The translations under genes and the position numbers were made by a program. The notes below the pieces were generated by a model that saw nothing but the letters and a program-made list of their open reading frames with translations, had not been told where the DNA came from and ran no database searches. Shown here piece by piece: positions 1 through 11,646 of a DNA stretch of 64,000 nucleotides (the first letter of the stretch is position 1; every line of letters starts with the position of its first letter). Source of the stretch: Candidatus Bathyarchaeia archaeon (GTDB lineage Archaea > Thermoproteota > Bathyarchaeia > Bathyarchaeales > Bathycorpusculaceae); assembly GCA_038883775.1 (NCBI GenBank), contig JAVZLM010000004.1:64001-128000 (forward strand). The letters are read 5' to 3'.

Positions 1-1131
1 GAGAACTGTTAGCTTCTGGATTTCGCTTGTTCCTTCGTAAATTTCGGTTATTTTCGCATCTCTATGATACCTTTCAACCCTATAGTCACCCAAGTAACCA
101 TATCCCCCAAGAGTTTGAATAGCAAAATCTGTCACTTCCATGGCTACTCGGCTTGCGTACTGTTTTGCCATGGCTGTTGCCATCGGATCCATTTTTCCAA
201 CGTCCACAAGCCAAGCAGCCCTATAAGTTAGCCATCTTGCGGCTTCAATTTTTGTCATGGCTTCTGCTAATCCGCAGCCTATTAGTTCGTGTTGGAGTAT
301 GGGTTGTCCGAAGGCTTCTCTTTGTTTGGCGTATTTGAAGGCTATTTCCCATGCGCCTTGTGCCATGCCGACTGCTTGGGCTGCAACGCCCACTCTGGTT
401 TTGTCAAAGAATTCCATGGAACAATAGAAGCCTCTGTTTAATTCGCCTACAATGTTCCAGTCCGTCACTTTAACATTATTGAAGACAACTTCACCAGTCA
501 CTGAACATCTGATCCCCATCTTGTTATGAAGTTTTGTTGTTTCAAGTCCAGGTGTACCTTTGTCCACAACAAATAGGGTTTCGCCTCTGTAGGTGGGTCT
601 AACTTTTGTGTCTGTCTGTGTTAAAACAACTATGAAGTCGGCAAGGGTGGCATTTGTTATGAAAGTTTTTGTGCCATTTATCCACCATTCATTTCCATAT
701 TTTGTGACTGTTGTTTCCATGCGTGTTATGTCGCTTCCACTAACGTTGGGTTCTGTGAAGGCTGCTGCTGACATTGTTTCACCTTTGCATATGGGTGGAA
801 GATACTTTTCCTTCTGCTCTTTTGATCCGTAAGCCAAAATGAGTTCGCTGCCAAAGTTTCCACTCGAAATAGCCACGCCAAGGGAAGAATCAGCCCTGCA
901 CATTTCTTCAATGACCAAGCATGTTTCAAGCAAGCCGCATCCTTGACCGCCATACTCTTGCGGGAAAAACATGCTTGTGAAACCAAGCTTTGCAGCCTTC
1001 TTGTAAAGCTCAATAGGATATTCCTCTTTCTTATCCAGTTCCAAGGCTAGTTCTGGCTTGAACTCTTTTTCGCAAAACTCTTTAACAGCATTTTTTATTG
1101 CCAACTGCTCCTCTGTCAACTCAAACTTCAT
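1..1131 (-). CDS. Acyl-CoA dehydrogenase (3' end runs off the window)
   Basis: Not in the ORF track. Translated by hand from ATG at 1131 (TAATG overlap with the upstream stop): MKFELTEEQLAIKNAVKEFCEKEF...AAAFTEPNVSGSD...GGYGYLGDYRVERYHRDAKITEIYEGTSEIQK. Close paralog of 2420-3574. Confidence 0.92.
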   Translation of the reverse strand, partial: MKFELTEEQLAIKNAVKEFCEKEFKPELALELDKKEEYPIELYKKAAKLGFTSMFFPQEYGGQGCGLLETCLVIEEMCRADSSLGVAISSGNFGSELILAYGSKEQKEKYLPPICKGETMSAAAFTEPNVSGSDITRMETTVTKYGNEWWINGTKTFITNATLADFIVVLTQTDTKVRPTYRGETLFVVDKGTPGLETTKLHNKMGIRCSVTGEVVFNNVKVTDWNIVGELNRGFYCSMEFFDKTRVGVAAQAVGMAQGAWEIAFKYAKQREAFGQPILQHELIGCGLAEAMTKIEAARWLTYRAAWLVDVGKMDPMATAMAKQYASRVAMEVTDFAIQTLGGYGYLGDYRVERYHRDAKITEIYEGTSEIQKLTVL

Positions 1132-2318
1132 TAATAGAACCCCCTTCCAGACTTTTTGCCAGTCCACCCCTTGCTAACATACTCTTCTAACAGTGGGCAT
1201 GGCTTGTAAAGCTCCAGATTATATTTCGCATACAATTCCTTAAGCCTATTAAGCATAGTATCCAAGCCCATTCTGTCAGCATACTCGCAAGGTCCAGAAG
1301 GCCAATAGGTTCCCAACTTCATTCCAGTGTCGATGTCTGCTGGGTTTGCAGCATCATCATGGATAAGCCAAGCGGCTTCGTTGGCAGCCACGGCCCATGA
1401 CCTTTCAACATCATATTCCTCGAGAAGATTAAAGGGTATTCTTGGTCTTCCCTTAGTCCAGTCGTAAAAGCCCATGCCTGTTTTTTGTCCAAGCTTGCCT
1501 CCTTTCACTAAAGGTTCTATCACTTCTGCGCATGGTTTCATTCTTTCGCCATAAGCTTCATACAAAATTTTGCCCACTTCGTAGGCTATGTCTAAACCAA
1601 CAAAATCCGCCAGTTCAAACCAACCCATTGGAAAGCCGCCGCTATATTTTACTGAAGCGTCTATTCCCTCCTTTGTGGCTTCTCCTCTGTGGAATGCCCA
1701 AAAGGCTTCGTTGAAAACTGCGCCCAATATCCTGTTCACTATAAAGCCTCTCACGTCTTTTCGCACCACTATGGGTGTTTTTCCAAGTTTTTTGGCAAGT
1801 TCCACAAGCATGTTTATGGTTTCTTGGCTTGTGCTTTCGCCCTTTATAACTTCAACCAAAGCCATTAGTTGGGGTGGGTTAAAGAAGTGCATTCCAGCCA
1901 CTTTTTCTGGACGTTTTGTGGCTTTTCCCATTTCCGTTATGCTTAACGTTGAAGTGTTTGATGCAAATATGGCATGAGGAGGCGCCAACTGGTCAAGGGT
2001 TGCGAAAACTTTCTTTTTTACCTCAATATTTTCTACAACTGCTTCTATGGCTAGGTCTATGTCTTTCGCTGCTTGCTCATAACTTGTTGTCGTAGTTATC
2101 CGAGCTAAAGCTGCTGCTGCATCCTCTGCCCTTATCCGCTTTTTTTCAACAAATTTATCTAAACTCCATTTAATCTTCTCTTTTCCCTTTTGCAGAAGTT
2201 CGTCGCTTATGTCTACCATTGAGACTTCCTGGCCAGCCATTGCCAAAAGCTGAGCTATTCCATGACCCATTGCTCCAGAACCTATAACTGCCGCTTTTTT
2301 CAAATTTCCAATCGCCAC
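1131..2318 (-). CDS. 3-hydroxyacyl-CoA dehydrogenase with duplicated C-terminal domain
   Basis: GSGAMGHG Rossmann motif, ASNTSTL, GMHFFNP and two GxKxGxGFY C-terminal domains. Start moved to GTG 2318 behind GGAGG; the track starts at 2399. Confidence 0.92.
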   Translation of the reverse strand: MAIGNLKKAAVIGSGAMGHGIAQLLAMAGQEVSMVDISDELLQKGKEKIKWSLDKFVEKKRIRAEDAAAALARITTTTSYEQAAKDIDLAIEAVVENIEVKKKVFATLDQLAPPHAIFASNTSTLSITEMGKATKRPEKVAGMHFFNPPQLMALVEVIKGESTSQETINMLVELAKKLGKTPIVVRKDVRGFIVNRILGAVFNEAFWAFHRGEATKEGIDASVKYSGGFPMGWFELADFVGLDIAYEVGKILYEAYGERMKPCAEVIEPLVKGGKLGQKTGMGFYDWTKGRPRIPFNLLEEYDVERSWAVAANEAAWLIHDDAANPADIDTGMKLGTYWPSGPCEYADRMGLDTMLNRLKELYAKYNLELYKPCPLLEEYVSKGWTGKKSGRGFY

Positions 2319-2419
2319 AAATTTTCCTCCTTCTAATGCATAATGCTGAAGGAGGGCAAAGGTAATAAGATTTTTGAAAATAGAAAGCCGATTTATCAAA
2401 GACAGAAAAGAAGAAAAGG

Positions 2420-3574
2420 CTAAGTTTGTTTTTGTAGGAAATTGATTATGGTAAGTTTTTGAATTTCGCTTGTTCCTTCGTAAATTTCAGTTATCTTCGC
2501 ACAGCGGTGAAAACGTTCCACGTGATAGTCTGCTAAATAGCCGTATCCTCCAAATATTTGAATAGCCTCATCTGTGACTTCCATTGCTACGCGGCTGGCG
2601 TAAGCCTTTGCCATAGAAGTTGCCATTGGATTTGGTTTTTCCTTATCGTAAAGCCATGCAGCCTTATACGTCATTAAGCGGGCTGCCTCTATTTTCATAG
2701 TCATCTCAGCAAGTTTGAAGGATACTCCCTGAAAGTTTATTAGTGGTTGGCCAAATTGTTTGCGAGTTTTGGCATAGTTTAGGGCTCTTTCGAAGGCTCC
2801 TTGAGCCATTCCAACCGCTTGGGCTGCGACGGTTATGCGGGTTCCATCGAAAAGCTCCAACGCATAATAGAAGCCTTTGTTTAATTCGCCAACCAAGTTT
2901 GTTTCTGGCACTTTTAAATCGCTTAGAGAAAGTGAGCCAGTAACGCATGGTTTTATGCCCATCTTTCCATGAAGTTTTGTGGCTTCTAATCCTGGCATGC
3001 CCTTTTCGGCTAGGAATAGGCTTTGTCCTCTGTGGGGTGGTGTTGCATTTGGGTCTGTTTGGCACAGTATTATGAAAGTGTCTGCTATGGGAGCGTTTGT
3101 AATGAATTGTTTATCGCCGTTAATAATCCATTCATTTCCATGTTTGACAGCTGTTGTATCCATGCGTGTTATGTCGCTTCCATGCTCCGGCTCCGTGAAG
3201 GCAGCAGCCGCAATTTTCTCTCCTTTCGCAAGTGGCGGAATGTATTTTTCTTTTTGCTCTTCGCTGCCATGTTTTAGAAGCACATCTGGCACCATAAGAT
3301 TTCCGAGGGATACTGCCACTCCTAAACCTGGGTCGACACGGCACATTTCTTCAACGACTATACAGTCCTCTAGGACGCCGTAGCCTTGTCCGCCATATTC
3401 TGTTGGTATTCTCATGCTTGTAAATCCAAGTTGAGCAGCCTTTTTGTAGAGTGCCATTGGAAACTCTTCTTTTTTGTCGTATTCTAAAGCGAGTTCTGGC
3501 GTGAATTCTTTTTCGCAGAATTCTCTGGCAGCACGCTTTATTTCTTGTTGTTCTTCGTTTAGTTTAAACTCCAT
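2420..3574 (-). CDS. Acyl-CoA dehydrogenase
   Basis: AFTEPEHGSD, KMGIK, IQIFGGYGY, EIYEGTSEIQK motifs. Confidence 0.95.
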   Translation of the reverse strand: MEFKLNEEQQEIKRAAREFCEKEFTPELALEYDKKEEFPMALYKKAAQLGFTSMRIPTEYGGQGYGVLEDCIVVEEMCRVDPGLGVAVSLGNLMVPDVLLKHGSEEQKEKYIPPLAKGEKIAAAAFTEPEHGSDITRMDTTAVKHGNEWIINGDKQFITNAPIADTFIILCQTDPNATPPHRGQSLFLAEKGMPGLEATKLHGKMGIKPCVTGSLSLSDLKVPETNLVGELNKGFYYALELFDGTRITVAAQAVGMAQGAFERALNYAKTRKQFGQPLINFQGVSFKLAEMTMKIEAARLMTYKAAWLYDKEKPNPMATSMAKAYASRVAMEVTDEAIQIFGGYGYLADYHVERFHRCAKITEIYEGTSEIQKLTIINFLQKQT

Positions 3575-3604
3575 TTTCAGTTCTCTCCTTTTAAGGTTTA
3601 GAGT

Positions 3605-4594
3605 TTAGGCTTTCTGTCCCTTCAACTCATAAATCTTGTTTTTCAAAGACGGCACAATTTTGAACAAGTCTTCAACAACGCCATAGTCTGCGAAACTGAA
3701 TATTGGGGCATTTGGGTCTTTGTTTATGGCTATTATTAAGTCAGAGTTTTTCATTCCCAAAACATGTTGGAAGGCGCCGCTTATTCCCACAGCAATGTAA
3801 AGTTTCGGCTTTACGGTTTTTCCTGAACTTCCAACTTGGCGATCGTTGGGAAGCCAGCCCTTATCCACTATTGGACGTGAACATGCGAGGACGGCGCCTA
3901 TGATTTTGGCAAAATCCTCTATTAAAGGTATGTTGCTTTGGTCTTTTATTCCGCGTCCTATCCCAACAAGTTTTTCTGCGGCTGTTATGTCAACTCCGCC
4001 TGGTGGCGGCAGTATATACTGGATGAAGCGTTTTGTGGTTACCTCTTCTGTGAGGGGCGATGGCTTTTCTATTATTTCTCCGTTTGCTGGCGTGGCTGGT
4101 TTTTTGGCGGTAAAGGCTGCTTGGCGAACTGTTATCATGTAGCTTTCTGCTTTGCGCATGGATGCGTTTACGTTAACTTTTCCGCCATACATTTGCCTCG
4201 TAACATTCAGTGTGTCACCCTCCAATGTGAGGTCTATGCAGTCTGTAGAAAGTGGAATATTCAAGGCTGCGGCAAGTCTTGGAGCTAATTCAATGCCATA
4301 AGACGTGTGCCCAATCATTGTTAGGGTTGGCTTATATTCCCTAATGAGGTTTGCGAGCACTTTTTGATAAGCATCAGAATTAAAGTTCTCAAGTTTTGAG
4401 TCTTCAACAACCAAAACTTTTTTGGCATACTCACTCAATGCTTTCGCTTTTTCCTTAACTTCTTTACCGAGAATCACAGCGGTCAATTCCATGCTTGCTT
4501 TTTCTGCGGTTTCTCTGGCTTTTGTCAACATCTCATAAGTTATGTCACGGATTTGTCCTTGCCTATGCTCAGCTAAAACAAAAATTTCTGGCAT
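3605..4594 (-). CDS. etfA: Electron transfer flavoprotein alpha subunit
   Basis: GRG, SRPIVD, QVGSSGKTVKPKLYIAVGISGAFQH, AINKDPNAPIF. Confidence 0.95.
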   Translation of the reverse strand: MPEIFVLAEHRQGQIRDITYEMLTKARETAEKASMELTAVILGKEVKEKAKALSEYAKKVLVVEDSKLENFNSDAYQKVLANLIREYKPTLTMIGHTSYGIELAPRLAAALNIPLSTDCIDLTLEGDTLNVTRQMYGGKVNVNASMRKAESYMITVRQAAFTAKKPATPANGEIIEKPSPLTEEVTTKRFIQYILPPPGGVDITAAEKLVGIGRGIKDQSNIPLIEDFAKIIGAVLACSRPIVDKGWLPNDRQVGSSGKTVKPKLYIAVGISGAFQHVLGMKNSDLIIAINKDPNAPIFSFADYGVVEDLFKIVPSLKNKIYELKGQKA

Positions 4595-5383
4595 TTATAT
4601 CAGCCCCCTTGCCTTTAAGATTTCAGCAATTTTCGCAGCAATCTCATCGGGAGTTCCTTTGAGAAATTCTGCTTGCTTTTCTGCTGGCGGCACGTAAAGC
4701 TTTTCTATTTTCAGCCAAGAACCGGCTTCGCCCACTTCTGCCTCGGACAAGCCTGTATCCGCCAAAGTCATAACTTTTATTTCTTTTTGCATAGCCTTTC
4801 GAATGCCCATTATGGAAACGTAACGTGGCTCATTAATGCCCGTTTGAACCGAAATTAGTGCTGGCAATCGTATTTCAAGCTGTTCTTCTAATCCTCCTTC
4901 AAGTTCACGGTTAACTTTGGCTGCTCCAGCCTCTAACTCAATTTTTTTAACCATCGTTGTATGGGGGATTCCAAGCATCTCAGCCAATATTGGACCTACC
5001 ATGGCGTAACCGTCATCGCCAGCCTGCATACCAGTCAAAATCAAATCATAATGAAGACTTTTAATGACGCTGTGCAAAATTTTCGCTATAGCATAGGCGT
5101 CTGAACCAGCAAATTTTGGGTCTGTTAAGCGTATGGCTTTATCTGCTCCTCGGGCTAAACACTTGCGCAGTGTGCTGTCCGAATCTTCAGCGCCTATGGT
5201 TATGGCTGTAACTGTTCCGCCAAATTTCTCTTTAATGCGCACAGCCTCTTCCAAAGCATAATCGTCCCACTCGTTAATGTCAAAGACCAAACCAGCCTTT
5301 TCTATGCCTTTGCCGCTAGCGTCAATTTTTAGTTCTGCCTCTGCAGTTTCCGGAACATGCTTAACACAAACAATAACATCCAA
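4595..5383 (-). CDS. etfB: Electron transfer flavoprotein beta subunit
   Basis: VCVKHVP, INEWDDYALEEA, RELEGG, INEPRY; abuts etfA. Confidence 0.95.
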   Translation of the reverse strand: MDVIVCVKHVPETAEAELKIDASGKGIEKAGLVFDINEWDDYALEEAVRIKEKFGGTVTAITIGAEDSDSTLRKCLARGADKAIRLTDPKFAGSDAYAIAKILHSVIKSLHYDLILTGMQAGDDGYAMVGPILAEMLGIPHTTMVKKIELEAGAAKVNRELEGGLEEQLEIRLPALISVQTGINEPRYVSIMGIRKAMQKEIKVMTLADTGLSEAEVGEAGSWLKIEKLYVPPAEKQAEFLKGTPDEIAAKIAEILKARGLI

Positions 5384-5525
5384 TTCATTTTACTCTCCAT
5401 CAGACTTTGAGTTTTGATTACACTCGCATTTCATATAATTTTTGCTTACAAAACACTTTCTTGAACATCTCAAATAGCCATAAAACCTTAATAGCAAAAA
5501 TCTAGAGGGGGGAGGTGCTATTGGT

Positions 5526-7756
<2,231 letters not shown>

Positions 7757-7764
<8 letters not shown>

Positions 7765-8986
7765 TTTCTTTTGCCTCCACAGCTTCAATTTTTAATGGTG
7801 GCATAGCAGCTATTTTCTTGAAAAAATTTTCAAATTTCTGATTAAATTCTCCCACACATCTGGGCGAAACTGTAAAAAGTTCAAATCGCTCAAATAGTCC
7901 TGTCTTTTTTATGAAGTTTTTAAGCACATCCATATTTCTGTCGGCTGTTTCTCTTCCCTCTTGAAGTTTGCAGTCTTCTGCCGAACAAACAACAGCCATG
8001 ACGCCGTCAAAACCGCTGTGTAGGGCTTCAACAACGTGAACTGGGTCAAGAGCCTTAAAGCATGGAATTTCCATGACTACAGCCTTCTTCTTAAAAAGTA
8101 GGCATTCTGGGTCATCTAAACAGGAAAATTCTGACCATTGACAGCAGAAAACAAGTATGGATGGAAAGCCGGCTTCAGTTTTCATTTTTTTGGCTGCTTC
8201 TCCGTAAAGCCTCACTAATTTGCTAATGTTTTCGAATTCGAAACCCTTAACTTGGATTGCCAAATGGGGACAAACAAGTGCGCATGCTCCACAACCCATG
8301 CACCTTTCCTGAATTATTCGTGGCGTTGCAAACTCTTCAGCTTCTATTGCGCCGTAGGGGCATATGAAAACGCATTTATCGCAACCAACACATTTTTCTG
8401 TGTCATAAACAGCCTTATGCGAATACTTGATAACCTTCAAAGCCTCTTTGCTATAGCCTAACTGCTCCAAAACAACCTTTCCAAGTATAAGCCTCCTAGT
8501 GTTAATTTTTGTTCCCCTTTTGAAGCGGCAAAACTCATCTTCACATTGAATGGAAACAATGTTCTTTATGCCAGAATTTAACGCTTTAAAAATAAATTCT
8601 GTGGGCACTCTTCCAGAACAAGGTATACGCAATGGAATATAGTTCCTTATGTTTAAACCTTGACTTTCAAGAATATCCTCAATTTCGCATGTAGCAGGAG
8701 AGTTTCCCCTACACATGAGAACAAGCGTATCACCCTTTTCCTTTTCCCTCATACAATTAACATAGTTCAGCAAGCTTTCATAATTGTAATAGACAATTTC
8801 TATCGCTAGGGAGGGACATGCGCTATAGCATATTCCGCAAACTTGGCATTTTTGAAGGTCTATTTCCACTTTTCCCGTTTCAGCATCACGTTTTATAGCC
8901 TCGTAGGGGCATATGGAATGGCATATTGAACATCTGCTGCAATAGTCTGGGTTAATTGTTACTGCGGCGGCGCAAGGTTCACTCAT
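7757..8986 (-). CDS. Ferredoxin-MvhD-ferredoxin-MvhD tandem Fe-S protein
   Basis: Four CxxCxxCxxxCP motifs in two pairs, each pair followed by an MvhD/FlpD-like domain (RIPCSGRV...QCEDEFC; EIPCFKALDP...FDGVMAVVC..EDC). Confidence 0.8.
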
Positions 8987-9004
8987 CTAAATCTCTCCAA
9001 ACGC

Positions 9005-9040
9005 TTTGCGTTAAACGGTTTTGCTTTAAATTTGCGTTAA
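9005..9040. promoter_or_regulatory. Direct repeat TTTGCGTTAA x2 upstream of the Fd-MvhD/nfnAB operon; putative operator
   Basis: Identical 10-mers at 9005-9014 and 9031-9040; the same core recurs at 18135, 25281 and 27487. Confidence 0.4.
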
Positions 9041-9095
9041 GGTTTAGAATTCATGAAAAGAGCGTTCCAAAAATATAATGATTTTGGAGTGATTC

Positions 9096-10040
9096 TCACG
9101 GTTTATAATAATAAGGTCTTCGAATGTAACCATAAGCCTCTAACGCTGCAGTTATACCTTGTCCCACAGCTGTTCCCACCTGCTTAACCGGATGATTCGT
9201 AACATCGCCAGCAGCATAAACTCCCATAATGTTTGTTCTTTGGCGAATGTCAACCAAAATATAACCATCCTCATCAACAGCAACCCCCGCCTCTTTGGCT
9301 AGTTGACTGTTTGGGTCTTCTCCAACCTGAACAAAAACGCCGTCAACAAGCAACTCCTTAGTTTCGTTAGTCTTTTTGTTGAAAATTATAGCTTTGTTAA
9401 CTAATCTTTCGCCCTTAATTTCAGTAATTTCCGTGTTCCACAAAATTTCAACATTCTCCTTAGCCTTCAACGCCTTTACAAGCGCTTCTTCAGCTCTAAA
9501 TTCTTCCCTGCGATGAGCAATTTTAACTTCTGAGGATAAATCTGCCAAGTACAAGGCTGTTATGACAGCAGAGTTTCCGCCACCAATAACAAGCACACGT
9601 TTACCCTTAAACAATGGTCCATCACAAATGCCACAGTAACTAACGCCTCTACCACGAAATTCTTTTTCTCCTGGAACGCTAAGTTCACGATAATGTGAGC
9701 CAGAAGCTATTATAACGGCTTTTGCTTCATATGCAGTTTTACTTGTCTTTACAATTTTTTTATCGCCTTTAAGGTGCATTTCAACAACTTTTTCAAACTC
9801 ATGAATTGCGGCGCCAGCTTTTCTGCAGTGAGTTACCATTTTTTGGGCTAATTCCATCCCGTTTATGGTTTGAAAACCTGGATAATTCTCAATTAGAGGC
9901 GCATCAGCCATTGTTCCTCCTGCCAATTTTTCATCCAAAACAAGCGTTTTCAATCCACTTCTTGCACCATAAATTCCGGCGGCTAAACCAGCGGCGCCTC
10001 CGCCAATTATTATTAAGTCCCAATTTTCCATGTTCAACAA
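9096..10040 (-). CDS. trxB: Thioredoxin-disulfide reductase
   Basis: GGGAAGL, ENYPG, GVSYCGICDG (CxxC), GGGNSA, HRR, AAGDV. ATG 10031 is an alternative start. Confidence 0.93.
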   Translation of the reverse strand: MLNMENWDLIIIGGGAAGLAAGIYGARSGLKTLVLDEKLAGGTMADAPLIENYPGFQTINGMELAQKMVTHCRKAGAAIHEFEKVVEMHLKGDKKIVKTSKTAYEAKAVIIASGSHYRELSVPGEKEFRGRGVSYCGICDGPLFKGKRVLVIGGGNSAVITALYLADLSSEVKIAHRREEFRAEEALVKALKAKENVEILWNTEITEIKGERLVNKAIIFNKKTNETKELLVDGVFVQVGEDPNSQLAKEAGVAVDEDGYILVDIRQRTNIMGVYAAGDVTNHPVKQVGTAVGQGITAALEAYGYIRRPYYYKP

Positions 10041-10083
10041 CCCAGAGACAGAATAGTTTGGATTGCGTTTAAATGGGTTATGC

Positions 10084-10227
10084 CTAATATTCTTCGTCTT
10101 CGTAATCCATGTCCGCTATTTCTATTTCATAACATTCTTGGCATAAGCCATCAAAGTTTTCGTATTCTTCTTTTGTGATTTTTCTGCCACACATTATACA
10201 CTCGTAAACTTCTTCTTTCTCATTCAT
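10084..10227 (-). CDS. 47-aa acidic zinc-finger microprotein (CxxC-x15-CxxC)
   Basis: Hand translation: MNEKEEVYECIMCGRKITKEEYENFDGLCQECYEIEIADMDYEDEEY*. ATG lies 1 nt after the upstream paralog's stop. Below the ORF-track cut-off. Confidence 0.75.
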   Translation of the reverse strand: MNEKEEVYECIMCGRKITKEEYENFDGLCQECYEIEIADMDYEDEEY

Positions 10228-10228
10228 T

Positions 10229-10393
10229 CTACATAACATCTCCAAACATCATGAGCGATTCTTCAGTCATCTGGTCATCCCAGCATTCCCAGCACATTTC
10301 ATCATACGCCTCATACTCTTCTCGGCTAATTTCTCGACCACAAACAGAACAATAATACCTTTCTTCATCTTCCCTCTTTTTCCGTTTTTTCAA
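10229..10393 (-). CDS. 54-aa zinc-finger microprotein (CxxC-x15-CxxC)
   Basis: Hand translation from TTG behind GGTGA: MKKRKKREDEERYYCSVCGREISREEYEAYDEMCWECWDDQMTEESLMMFGDVM*. Paralog of 10084-10227. Confidence 0.75.
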   Translation of the reverse strand: MKKRKKREDEERYYCSVCGREISREEYEAYDEMCWECWDDQMTEESLMMFGDVM

Positions 10394-10497
10394 TTAAAAT
10401 CACCAAATGAGCATCCGATTACTTAAATGAAAAGATAAACCCTAAAAACATTATGAATTAGAAGCAAGTGTTAACACTTCTGCTATGTCACTTTTGG

Positions 10498-11301
10498 TTA
10501 TTTTGGTTTTACGCCGTAAACTGTTATGCTTGCAATCGAACTGGTAAATTTTTTCGCTTCTTCCATGGAGATATTTAAATCTTTCACTATGTCTTCTGCA
10601 CATGAGTCATTAAACAAAAAATCCATAGGAAAGCGGTTTTCTTCAACCAGTTTAACATCGCTAAAGCCTGCATTTTTTATTAGTTCAAGATACTCTTCTT
10701 TCATCATCGCTCCGGAAACACAGCTAACATACGCTTTCTTGCTTGTCTTTATTGCTTTGGGCAGTTCTTTCAGTAAGACAATGTCAGAAATCATTAATCT
10801 ACCACCAGGTTTTAGCACTCTAAAGGCTTCTTCGAATACTCGCTTTTTGTTTGGTGAAAGGTTAATGACACAGTTTGAAATTACAATGTCAACACTGCTG
10901 TCTGCAACTGGAAGGTTTTCAATTTCTCCAAGTCGGAATTCCACATTTTTGTATTTGCCTTTTCTACAGTTTTCCCTAGCCTTATCAATCATTTCAGGCG
11001 TCATGTCAACACCAATAACGTGGCCTTTTTCTCCAACCTTCTTTGCAGCCAAAAAACAGTCAAGCCCGCCACCACAGCCAAGGTCGAGAACTGTTTCGCC
11101 CTCTTTAACTGATGCAAATGCTACTGGATTTCCGCATCCAAGACTGAAAGCGGCACTTTCAGGAATGGATTCTATTTCTTCTTTGCTGTAGCCAATTTTC
11201 TTGTTACATTCGCAACTACAACAGCAAGATTCCTTTTTGGCTGCTTTGGCGTAGCTTTCTCTTACTATTTTTCTAATTTCCTCTTCTTTCACGTCTTCCA
11301 C
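10498..11301 (-). CDS. arsM: Arsenite S-adenosylmethionine methyltransferase
   Basis: N-terminal Cys cluster CCCSCEC, SLGCGNP, VLDLGCGGGLD, GVDMTPEM, ISNCVINLSP, SCVSGA. Confidence 0.88.
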   Translation of the reverse strand: MEDVKEEEIRKIVRESYAKAAKKESCCCSCECNKKIGYSKEEIESIPESAAFSLGCGNPVAFASVKEGETVLDLGCGGGLDCFLAAKKVGEKGHVIGVDMTPEMIDKARENCRKGKYKNVEFRLGEIENLPVADSSVDIVISNCVINLSPNKKRVFEEAFRVLKPGGRLMISDIVLLKELPKAIKTSKKAYVSCVSGAMMKEEYLELIKNAGFSDVKLVEENRFPMDFLFNDSCAEDIVKDLNISMEEAKKFTSSIASITVYGVKPK

Positions 11302-11545
11302 CTTCTGTTTGAAAAATCTCTTTCAATACTGGTCCAAGCGTATCCTTTACTGTGTTTTCAAAATTTTGGGCTTTGACCATCATAATACAGCATAATTCAC
11401 CGTTACGTTCACATCCGATTACTACCAATTTATCGTTTGGTTTTAGCTTAGCTTTTTCTCTTAGGTCTTTTGGAAGAACAATTTGTCCCTTTGAATCGAC
11501 TGTGACTACAGCATCTACTTTGCAGCATCCAACATTATCAGTCAT
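11273..11545 (-). CDS. AbrB/MazE/SpoVT-family DNA-binding protein with two Cys-Cys pairs, resembling the HgcAB-associated HgcC family
   Basis: VDSKGQIVLPKDLREKA AbrB signature flanked by GCCKV and ELCCI; overlaps the arsM start. Confidence 0.75.
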   Translation of the reverse strand: MTDNVGCCKVDAVVTVDSKGQIVLPKDLREKAKLKPNDKLVVIGCERNGELCCIMMVKAQNFENTVKDTLGPVLKEIFQTEGGRRERRGN

Positions 11546-11570
11546 TTTTACTCGCTCATGAAAGACGTGA

Positions 11571-11615
11571 TCGGAATATTTAGCTTTTTCGTAAAAATCA
11601 GAATATTCAGAAAAT
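11571..11615. promoter_or_regulatory. Three 9-bp direct repeats TCRGAAWAT bracketing the BRE/TATA-like element of the AbrB-arsM operon
   Basis: tcggaatat 11571-11579, tcagaatat 11598-11606, tcagaaaat 11607-11615. The minus strand reads CGAAAAAGCTAAATATT between the first two copies. Confidence 0.45.
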
Positions 11616-11646
11616 CCAACAATGTTCTAGAATAGCATAAATAATA

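Noticed and set aside
1-1131. Pseudogene or non-coding region (no long ORF in the track; likewise 63206-64000)
   Set aside because: The frames are open to the window edges; these are edge-truncated intact genes.
20-2488. Short identical tracts as dispersed repeats or mobile-element ends (20-45 = 2463-2488; 11955-11979 = 44217-44241)
   Set aside because: They fall on conserved protein motifs of paralogous genes (EIYEGTSEI; HDPCFLGK).
10498-11545. Mercury methylation locus
   Set aside because: Only an HgcC-like gene is present; no HgcA corrinoid cap-helix motif or HgcB in the window.
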